DNA from: Antedon mediterranea
Lineage: Eukaryota > Animalia > Echinodermata
Assembly (NCBI RefSeq): GCF_964355755.1
Contig: NC_092678.1
Span: 23,949,365 to 24,013,364, forward strand
Length of the DNA: 64,000 nucleotides
Reading direction: 5' to 3'
This document shows, piece after piece, positions 1 to 9,650 of the stretch. Under the pieces are notes generated by a model. It had not been told where the DNA came from. It ran no database searches and saw nothing but the letters and a program-made list of their open reading frames with translations. Within the stretch, counting starts at the first letter, position 1, and each line of letters opens with the position of its first letter. A program made the translations under genes and the position numbers.

Positions 1-1430
1 CCCACATATATGCGCAGAAGTACAAAAATAAAGCGATTTTTGCGCATAATCAAAGAAGATTAAATATCGGCATATTTTTGCTGATTTTTTAAGAAATCCC
101 TGAATTATATGTAGAAATATGTTCATATATAAATAGATATGATGATGCTGAATAAATATATGCAAAATATTCCCACATATATGCGCGGAAGTGCAAAAAT
201 ATAGCACTTTTTGCACATAGTCTCAGAATTATCGAATATCGGTATATTTTTACTAATTTTTTTAGAAATCCCTGAATTATATGCAGAAATATGTTCATAT
301 ATTGAAAGAGCATCGTCATACGCTGCTATGTACCAAATTTCATCAAAATCCGAGATGGTCGAAATTTTACCCCTAAAAAATCCCTGAGCTATAGCCCAGG
401 GATTTTTTCCGCGTAAAATTTCGACCATCTTGGATTTTGCTGAAATTTTGTACATAGCATCATATGGTGATGCTGAATAAATATATGCAAAAATATTCCC
501 ACATATATGCGCAGAAGTACAAAAATAAAGCGATTTTTGCGCATAATCAAAGAAGATTAAATATCGGCATATTTTTGCTGATTTTTTAAGAAATCCCTGA
601 ATTATATGTAGAAATATGTTCATATATAAATAGATATGATGATGCTGAATAAATATATGCCAAAATATTCCCACATATATGCGCAGAAGTGCAAAAATTT
701 AGCACTTTTGCACATACTCTCAGAATTATCGAATATCGGTATATTTTTACTAATTTTTTTAGAAATCCCTGAATTATATGCAGAAATATGTTCATATATT
801 GAAAGAGCATCGTCATACGCTGCTATGTACCAAATTTCATCAAAATCCGAGATGGTCGAAATTTTACCCCTAAAAAATCCCTGAATTATATGCAGAAATA
901 TGTTCATATATTGAAAGAACATCGTCATACGCTGCTATGTACCAAATTTCATCAAAATCCGAGATGGTCGAAATTTTACCCCTAAAAAATCCCTGAGCTA
1001 TAGCCCAGGGATTTTTTCCGCGTAAAATTTCGACCATCTTGGATTTTGCTGAAATTTTGTACATAGCATCATATGGTGATGCTGAATAAATATATGCAAA
1101 AATATTCCAACATATATGCGCAGAAGTGCGAAAATAAAGCGATTTTTGCGCATAATCAAAGATGATTAAATATCAGCATATTTTTGCTGAATTTTAAAGA
1201 AATCCCTGAATTATATGTAGAAATATGTTCATGAATCATATAGATAGATATGATGATGCTGAATAAAGATATGCAAAATTATTCCCACATATATGCGCAG
1301 AATGCAAAAATATAGCACTTTTTGCGCATACTCTCAAAATTATCGAATATCGGCATATTGTTGCTGATTTTTTTTAGAAATCCCTGAATTATAAGCAGAA
1401 ATATGTTCATATATTGAAAGAGCATCATCA
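1..1430. repeat. Satellite/tandem array, ~497-bp higher-order unit built from ~160-170-bp subunits plus a ~165-bp imperfect palindrome; truncated by the window start
   Basis: Sequence at 1 (cccacatatatgcgcagaagtacaaaaataaagcg) recurs at 498 and, diverged, near 1107. Subunit heads cccacatatatgcgc at 1, 172, 498, 670 and 1284. Fold-back centred on ccctgagctatagcccaggg at ~382-401 and ~991-1010. Confidence 0.9.
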
Positions 1431-1758
1431 ATTATGATGTTTCTTATGGCGATAATCTTAAATACAGGGATCAATGAAACACAAAAAAAAAACAATGTTG
1501 GCTTACCATTACAAAAATAACCACAATATCATTAATAGTTACTGTTTATTATCTAATATTTACAAACTCTATTTTTCATTCTTTTTGTGACATTTTATCC
1601 CAAACAATAATAAATAAAATAGATATATCCATATTTTTAATGAAATTATACTCAATTCCCTACATAGCTTAAACTTAGTCTAAACTTAGCATGTAGTGAC
1701 GACCTAATCTATTTAGTAATTAGAAAATAATAATTACGTAAAGAGACTTTTGTTGCCT

Positions 1759-1822
1759 TTTATTCATCAATTTAATTGGTCCTACTTATTGTAGGCTGGC
1801 CAATCAAACGTCATTATCAGCA
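1759..1822 (-). promoter_or_regulatory. SECIS element (type II) in the SelK 3'UTR, followed by AATAAA
   Basis: Minus strand reads AUGAC-GUUUGAUUGG-CCAG-CCUAC-AAUAA-GUAGG-A-CCAAUUAAAU-UGAU-G-AAUAAA. This gives an AUGAN/NGAN quartet, a fully paired 10-bp helix II and an apical mini-stem, ~530 nt downstream of a gene with an in-frame TGA. Confidence 0.85.
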
Positions 1823-2114
1823 GGTTACATCATACTGTAGCAACAACAAGGTCAAAGGTTATGACAAACAATCAAAGCACATATATAAATTGTATTACAA
1901 ACACTAAATTTTGACTAATTATTTATGTTTAATAATTAGTATATTTAAACTGTTCTTGCTCGAATAACCTCCAGTTACAAAGTTTAAAAGTGTTGCTGAG
2001 ACGAATGAAATTGGGTATGAAAATTACAGTCAAACCTCAAACTGGGTGGTTTGCTAGTTGAACAACAACAGTTTAAATGTTTGTAAAGGTTAAAAAAATA
2101 CTCATTAGCATTAA

Positions 2115-2200
2115 AGCCTGGTTCCCACTAGTAATTTGATCAATCACATGGACTATTTGTGCTTGGTCATCTTGCATTGCGTCCTAGTGGGAACCAGGCT
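2115..2200. mobile_element. PIF/Harbinger-type MITE in the SelK 3'UTR
   Basis: TIR agcctggttcccactag / ctagtgggaaccaggct with TAA on both sides. A related copy lies at ~39245-39310. Confidence 0.75.
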
Positions 2201-2348
2201 TAATAATTTAACAAAGATGATGAAAGTTAGTACGAGCTTGTATTTGATTTAGCAGAGTGCTTGTGCTTAGATGATTAGCTGTGCTTAGATGTTCTTTTGT
2301 GTTTGATGTGTTTACATAACCAGTAGCTTACTCTACAGGAGCAAGCAT

Positions 2349-5024
2349 TTACCTAGAAAAACAAAAACAAATTATGTGACATTAAAATGGCATATTCAAC
2401 AAAAACATTTAATCATTTACAATAAATACAAAACATAAACAGATAAGTTATTCTAATTAATGACTACAAAACATATTACTCAATAGGATCATAATGTATT
2501 TGCACAAGCTTATACCTAAACAAATAGGCTTAAAAGAATAGAAGTGTTTACCTTCCTCATCCACCACCTGCTGGAGGCGGTGCACTTGGCCCTGACTGTC
2601 TTCCTCCAAATCCTCCCATCCTTCTGCGTGGACCTCTAGGAGGTGGGCCTGGTGGTCTAAAAAGTAGAAAATTAAGTATGTGAGTACTGTAGATAGATAC
2701 AGTACTGGCCATTTTTCAAGGCATTTTATTCTCATGATGAAGAGATAAAATTTACATAATATACAAATAATGAATGTTTATGAGTGCAATGGTACAAATA
2801 ATGGCACGAGGTGAATGATGAAAGGTTATATCAACGAGGCAAAGCCGAGTTGATATAACCTTTCATCATTCACCAAGTGCCATTATTTGTACCATTACAC
2901 GAATACAAAACATTCATTATTTGTTTTATATAACATCTAAATAAAAAAAAAAAAGAAAAAAAAAAAGTACTATTTAACGATCGTTGAATAGTGCGTACTA
3001 TTGCACGCCATGTGACCCACATTCGTCCAATCAAATGACAGGAATTTATTTAGGTGTTATATAATATATAATATACGTTGTACAATAGCACTGATTAATG
3101 ATGACAATGACGTTATGTTGTAACAAATTTGGTGTCAAAAGGTTTCGTTCATTATTCAGATATTCAAACACATTTAAGAATACTTTTGAAGAAATTGGTG
3201 GAATTTAATAATTTAAACCCATTCCTTTTAGACGACTAAACTGACAGTCAAAACACCAGACCACTGAGATTGCACAGATGACTAGATGCAAGGAAGTAGC
3301 AGGTACTTTGCTAGACAAAGTTGGTGAACAAAGTTAATTACAAAATTAAATTAGATTACAACTTACCCACGTCCACTATTACTGACTCTATAATCTGAAG
3401 TGTATCCAGTTCCTTTACTTGTTAAACCAGGCTGCAATACAAAACAGGTATTATTATTACTGTACACTACACACGATAGCCGTTCAGCAGACTGGCACGC
3501 TAGCTATTCAGCAGACTGGCTCTAGCCATTCGGCAAACTGGCACGATAGATATTCGGCAGACTGGCACGCTAGCTATTCAGCAGACTGGCTCTAGCCATT
3601 CGGCAGACTGGCACGATAGATATTCAGCAGACTGGCTCTAGCCATTCGGCAGACTGGCACGATAGATATTCAGCAGACTGGCTCTAGCCATTCGGCAGAC
3701 TGGCACGATAGATATTCAGCAGACTGGCTCTAGCCATTCGGCAGACTGGCACGATAGATATTCAGCAGACTGGCATGCTAGCTATTTGGCAGACCGGCAC
3801 GCTAACTTTTCGGTAGACTGGACCGTGAGTGAGGCGCCGGCTGATTAGGACCTACATTTTCACTCGGTAGCAATTTAATTTATGTTTTTAATTACGTCTG
3901 AACAAAACAATATAAAACTCAGCTTTGTCATGTTGTCATACCATTTAAACAGTTTATATTTTATCATTTTTTAATTTGGCTAAAAAATGTGGAAATATTT
4001 GCCTTAGTCCACACAGTGTTTAAAAAAAATAATAATATGATTAGAAAACAGAAAACAAATATATATTGAATGAAAATACTTACAGAAAACATAGTACGAA
4101 AGCTGCGAAAAAAAAAAAAGAGAATGAAAACATATAGCGCAATAATCTATCAGTATCCTACAGCAATAACTCTTCTTTTTTTGTCATATATTATTTTATC
4201 TAATACCTAAATAATTGTCTGTTATTTGATTGGACGATTGTGGGTCACATGGCGTTCAATAGACGGTACAGTAGGCATTTGTGCTATGGTCTTCAGAAAT
4301 AATTTAATTCAGTGAAAGCTGAAAGATTTTATTTTCAATCGACTTCGCTTTGTGAAAATATAACTGTTCATTTTTCACCTCATGAAATTATTGGTACCAT
4401 CACACTCATAAACATTCATTATTTGTATAATAGTTACTTACAATAATGAAAAAAAGTTGACAATTCCCCAAAATAGTTCTGGAATGAATGAAAGTCTCCA
4501 TGGTGACTTTGCGTCCACAACATTGCCTAGAAAAAAGTCATATAGAAGTTGTTAATGTTATGCAAATTAACAGTGCCAGTGGATATGCAAATGTAGACAT
4601 GGTGAGCGAACAGGAGACCGAAGAAGGCGGGCAGTGGTAAGCCGACTAAATTATATAAATATAGCTAATTTTGAATAGGAATTAGGCATACCTAACCAAA
4701 ATATATTGTTTTTCTTTATTAAAATAAGAACAAAAGAATGAAACAACATAGGGACGAAACGACTCTAAGGAACACAATAATAAAAGACGGTGCAATCATG
4801 TCCGGTTGCATACTAGAATTTCCATCGCTTCAGCAAAGTATAATTTTGGCCTAGCTTATTATTACATTAACAAACAATATACATAACTTTACTTATTTTA
4901 TAATGCAAATATGACTTTTATACACCATTATTCTAACAGGAAACTGCATTGGAAGACATAAATAAACAATAAAATTCACATAATATTCGATTTAATTGTG
5001 CTTACCTCCACTCACGTACGACAT
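2349..5024 (-). CDS. SELENOK: Selenoprotein K (98 aa, Sec at third-to-last position); exons 5024-5006, 4526-4442, 4102-4084, 3431-3367, 2656-2552, 2352-2349
   Basis: Spliced translation MSYVSGGNVVDAKSPWRLSFIPELFWGIVNFFSLFFRTMFSPGLTSKGTGYTSDYRVSNSGRGPPGPPPRGPRRRMGGFGGRQSGPSAPPPAGGG-U-GR*. All introns are GT-AG with consistent phases; TGA at 2559-2557. The SPWRLS..FWGI TM segment and the GGUGR end match the SelK family, and a SECIS is present. Confidence 0.97.
2757..3065. mobile_element. Non-autonomous element with ~165-bp terminal hairpin and asymmetric inverted repeats (Crypton- or Helentron-like; class uncertain)
   Basis: Palindrome 2763-2923 centred on ggcaaagcc (2842). ttatataacatctaaata (2926-2943) is inverted at the right end (tatttaggtgttatataa, ~3047-3064). 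Confidence 0.7.
3472..3822. repeat. Minisatellite of alternating ~22/25-bp units (ttcrgcagactggc + tctagcca / acgatagata) in SelK intron 3
   Basis: About 14-15 tandem copies of the gcagactggc core. Confidence 0.95.
4192..4431. mobile_element. Diverged inverted copy of the 2757-3065 hairpin element (SelK intron 2)
   Basis: cactcataaacattcattatttgtata (4403-4428) is the reverse complement of 2760-2786; atttgattggacg...gggtcacatggcg is the reverse complement of 3007-3036. Confidence 0.8.
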
Positions 5025-5696
5025 CTTGACGTTTTCCGTGTTTGTACTACGTTGCATTATTTTTGTTTGTAAATAAAGGACGCCCTCTCTATTGTAACAA
5101 AAAAAAAAATTACTTTGGTATAATACTTTGATATAACTATTTTTGTTTAAATTGTAGGTCATAGTATTTGTTTTTTCCCATATATTCTGTAGTATTATTA
5201 TTCACAAATACTGTATGTTAATTAGAATTATACGATTCATAACATCTTTGTTGTCATTAAAAAGTCAATAATTGCTACGACAAAGAACACCAATTAATTT
5301 CGAATACTAGAGAAAAGTATAACAAAATAATATTAAATATTTAAAATAAAATGCGCGTTTAAATATTGACCTAATTAAAATATATTTTGTATAAATATAT
5401 TGCAAACCAAAAAAATGTTTGGACAGTGCAAATCTAAGCTTCAGCGTTAACTGCGATCTGATTTTATTTGTTCTCATCATAAAGGAAAATGCCATAAAAA
5501 TATTTTATCTGCATTGTTTAGCAAATTGAGGCTTAACAATAAATAAAACGAATAAATTAATAAATTAAATTGTCTTAGCATTATTTATATAATGCAATAA
5601 TATTGCATATTAACAAAACACAAATCAATTGGTGCAGCATATACTGTATTTAGACCTACATTAGATTGTAAGGAGATTGACGACGACGACAACAGC

Positions 5697-8444
5697 ATGG
5701 TTTGCGTGCCTGTGAACAAACTGTTATATGTGGGGATAATTATAGGTACATGTTCATCGTTTACATTTATTTCGATAGGGTTAGAATCATTCTGTGTGTT
5801 TTTGCCTAGACTTCTTGGGTTCGAATCCTCCGACGTGTCTTTAGTGGACGAGTATGACTCGTGGAATACTCGATTGGTTTGGGCGAATGGATTCGCTTAC
5901 TCGTCGTTTAACATATTTGGTAAGAAATGGTTTTTAATAAGTTTATTTGTGCGCATAATACGATAATAATAATAAAGGTTATAACCATGATTAGGAAGAT
6001 AATATTGTGTGCAAAGTATAAAAATAAGAATTATATAGTTTTTAATCAATTCATTTTGCGCAGATAATTTATAACAAATTGCTATAGGAAGATAATATTG
6101 TGTAAAGTATAAAAAGAAAGGATTATGTACTTTTTAATAAATGTATTTGTGTGCAGAATATGATAATAACAAATTGCTATAGGAAGATAATACTGTGTAG
6201 TGTAAAATAGTGTAAAAATAAGAATTATGTAAGCAAAATTGTTGTATTTGAACAGGAATTTTCGCTGGTGCTATTGTAAACCGACTTGGATTTTCGAGAA
6301 CCATGATGGCGAGTGGAATCGTATTATTTTTTGGAATGTTGTTTGTTCTTCTCTCGACTAACATGACGCAGATGTACATAGCTTTAATAGTCGTATTAGG
6401 TGAGAACCAATAACATTTCTTTAAATTTGTTTAAATTATATAACATTTTATTTTAAATCATGACAAATTATCTTAGTTTGTGCGCGCGCGGCGCCAATTG
6501 TATATCTCTGTTGCATCATCGTCGAATTCACGGTAAAGAACATTTCGAATTTTATACCGACAGTATAATCGATACAACCCGAGCGCGGGTAATGGTAACG
6601 TTTGAAAAATGAACACAGTACTGAATGTTTTTAAGTTTTGTAAACCATTTTTCTTTGGACAGGATTTGGTCAAAGTATGTGTGTGAATGCCACTATTGTA
6701 TCACTTGGTTATTTTCATCGGGATCACTACGGTGTTGTATTGGCTATTACTACAGCCGGCCTTCCGTTTGGCAAACTGGCTTCTCCGATATTGACAGAGG
6801 TAGGCCTTGTCACTCATTATTGTCATCATAATTAATCATACAGGCGCCAAATTACACAGACGATCGAGAGGTAACGGTAATACAAATATAGAATCTATGT
6901 TATTCATTATGACCCGCTTACCGTTACCGCTCGTCTGTGTAAATTGTTTTGACACCACTCTTGTCATATCAATAATCACAAATTCATAATCAATGTTGTA
7001 TCACTGATGAATAGGCCTATAAGGTAAAAAGGGGCTAAGCTCCTTTGCTCTACTTGTTTAGTCAAGGAATCGAGCACTTTCGGCGTTCATGAATTGATAC
7101 AGTATTTTTATCATTTTTAGGCATTAATTGAATTATTTGGTGTGCGTGGTGGATATCTTTTGTTGTCTTGTCTAATGATGTTAAATGTATGCTTCGTAGC
7201 CGTATTCTGTGACGTACTCCACAATCGTTTGGAGTCGGCGCGGACATACGTTGGAAGCCTCACTGTGTTTGAAGAGGACGGATTCACAGTAGTGGAAAAG
7301 AGCAAACAAGATATCTCCTGTTCAACTATCTGTATTATTCAGAAACTATCTTCAGCAAGTGAATACACAGAAATGAAGAAAACCACGGGGATGTTTTCGT
7401 TTATCACAGTACTGGCTCTTGGATATGGCGGTTATATTTCAGTTATTCCTTACATTTCTCCTCATGCCAGAAGTTTAGGAATCAACCAGACTGCTGCCGA
7501 GATTGGTTATTATGTCAACGCAATCTCTAGTCTCATTGGTAGAGGACTGCTGATTGCGTGTGACGTCAAAGAACTTGTAACTCCAATGACCATGTTTTTC
7601 ATAGGGTTAAGTACGAACGCGTTTAGTCACATGGTACTCGCTATTACGTATCAGTATGGCTGGTTTCTAGCTGCTGTCATGTTTGATGGTATGTCGTCTG
7701 GATGTATGGTTCCGTACGTTGCTGTCATTCTCAGACAAATATCTGGAACGAAGTTGTTGCCGATGACGTATGGCTGGGTGATGACGTGCTGGGGACTCTT
7801 TTCCTTTGTTCTTGTGTTTTTATATGGTAATTCTTTTTATTTATACATTTTTAAATAAGTGTTATTATTACATTAGGTAATGCGACACGAGACTCGGTCA
7901 TAAATAAAATGACGACGGTTAAGATATGATGACAAAGATTCGATGACGACGACGGCAAGGTAACGACGGCTGTGTGATGACGAAGGTTCGATTACGACGG
8001 TATGGTGACGATGGTTAGGATGATAAAAAATGTTCGATGACGACGACGGTAAGATGACGACGGTTGTTTAATGACGAAGGTTCAATCACGACGGTAAGAT
8101 GATGACGGACAATATGATGACTACCGTATGGTGACGACGATTACCGTATAAATAATGTAAAAAGCAGAAACGATAACACATTAATAAAACGATTCTTCTA
8201 TCGATATTTCTGATGTAAACTATGCTTATTTATTTCAGGTCATTCGTACAGCGTGTTTGGCACGTACCACGAGATGTTCCTTATCTGTTCAGCCTTCCAG
8301 ATCATCGCGTTGTTAGTGATCCTGTGGGCAACGTCACTGTTAGAATTAATGCCTATTTGCCCGTCAAAGGGAATAAATGGATTGCAGCAACCAGATAACT
8401 CAGATATCAAGTCTTTCACAAACCAACGTATTCTTTCGAAATAG
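5697..8444 (+). CDS. Monocarboxylate transporter (SLC16/MCT family)-like MFS protein; exons 5697-5919, 6256-6399, 6663-6799, 7121-7826, 8239-8444
   Basis: GT-AG exons join in frame. About 12 hydrophobic segments, with motifs GIFAGAIVNRLGFSRT, GFGQSM..YF and ALIELFGVRGGYLLLSCLMML, which resemble the MCT LI..YGWRG motif. Confidence 0.8.
5990..6230. repeat. Three ~95-bp diverged tandem units in intron 1 of the MCT-like gene
   Basis: taggaagataata(t/c)tgtgt recurs at ~5992, ~6085 and ~6180. Confidence 0.8.
6848..6944. mobile_element. Degenerate MITE, same family as 52332-52497
   Basis: TIR ttacacagacga / tcgtctgtgtaa; the internal aatatagaatctatgttattc is shared with 52368-52390. Confidence 0.75.
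7908..8148. repeat. GAC/GAT-rich degenerate tandem repeat (gatgacgacggtaag) in intron 4 of the MCT-like gene
   Basis: Dense runs of gatgacgacgg and ttcgatgacgac. Confidence 0.85.
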
Positions 8445-9233
8445 ATGAGTGAAACAGAAAATAATATTAATAATAAAGTTTGAATAAATGTGTAATATAT
8501 TATGAACACATATGTGTACAATATTGTATGAATGTACATTTTAACTAACATACCATATTTGGGTAAATATTCATGTGAGAATATGACGATAGGCAACAAA
8601 GAAGGGTACTATTTACACAACGGACGTAAAGCCGTTGGTCCCAGTGCAAAAAAAATATTCGGATCGTGTCCCGGTGTGTTGATATATCTGGGCAGGCACT
8701 GACTGCTGGCTGCCGTGGGTACGGAATGACTAAATCCGAATTTCTCAGTTTTTCCCAGTTAATATATATGTTTTTCTTTTTTAGGGGCACCACTATTTTT
8801 GTAAAAGCATTTTTGTTTGTTTTTCCTCCATTATTTCCCAGTCTTTACAATGTTACTCATCTTTATTTTGTCATACGTGCTTGAAATGGAAAAAAAACTC
8901 TGTTCATGAAAGCAATAACAATTACCACTGTACGTAATATAAACAGATGTTACGAATCCGACAAAGATTAAATCCTCAGTTTTTATTGTTCAAAATAATT
9001 TTACTTAACAATAGCTTAATTATTATGTATTATGTGAAAGGAAAAACAGTCGTTTACGCGCACCTGGTTCATCATAATTATGGAGAGATTAAAACAAAAC
9101 TATTACCATATACATTTATCTTACACTATGTAAATTAAATATTCAGTTTAGTTCGGTTTATATCGCAAACAACAAAATACGGTGATGGAAGTAAATTGCA
9201 CACATGCTAATATTAAATAAAGTCATGTTCTTA

Positions 9234-9650
9234 GAGACAGGAGACCACAATAAAACTCGTGGAACTGTTACAATCTGTTTGGTAGGCAAGTACACCAGTT
9301 ACGTAGCCAAGACTAAGATACTATTTATTTGATACTGTCTTGGAGAAACTCGTGGAAATGTTCACAATCTGGAATTGGTAGGCAAGTACACCAGTTATGT
9401 AGCCAAGACTGCAATGCTATTTATTTGATGTTGTCTTGGAGACCACAATAAAACTCAAGGTACTGGGACCATCTAGAATTGGCAGGCAAGTACACCAGTT
9501 ATGTAGCCAAGACTGCAATACTATTTGTTGATGCTGTCTTGGAGACCACAAGAAAACTCGTGGTACTGGGAAAATCTAGAATTGGTATGCAATGATGTTC
9601 ACCAGTTATAGCCAAGACTAAAATACTATTTATCTGATAACATGTCTTGT
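9234..9650. repeat. About four tandem ~100-bp units forming the 3' end/3'UTR of the SLC18-like gene
   Basis: gagaccacaa.aaaactcgtgg ... caccagtta.gtagccaagact ... ctattt recurs at ~9241, 9341, 9439 and 9542; the last unit runs into the stop codon. Confidence 0.9.

Noticed and set aside
89-1064. Overlapping ORFs of 64-183 aa in the first 1.1 kb
   Set aside because: They are translations of the satellite, repeated in several frames, with no protein-like features.
2457-2735. 92-aa minus-strand ORF
   Set aside because: It is an alternative frame across SelK exon 5 and its introns; the true frame contains the Sec TGA.
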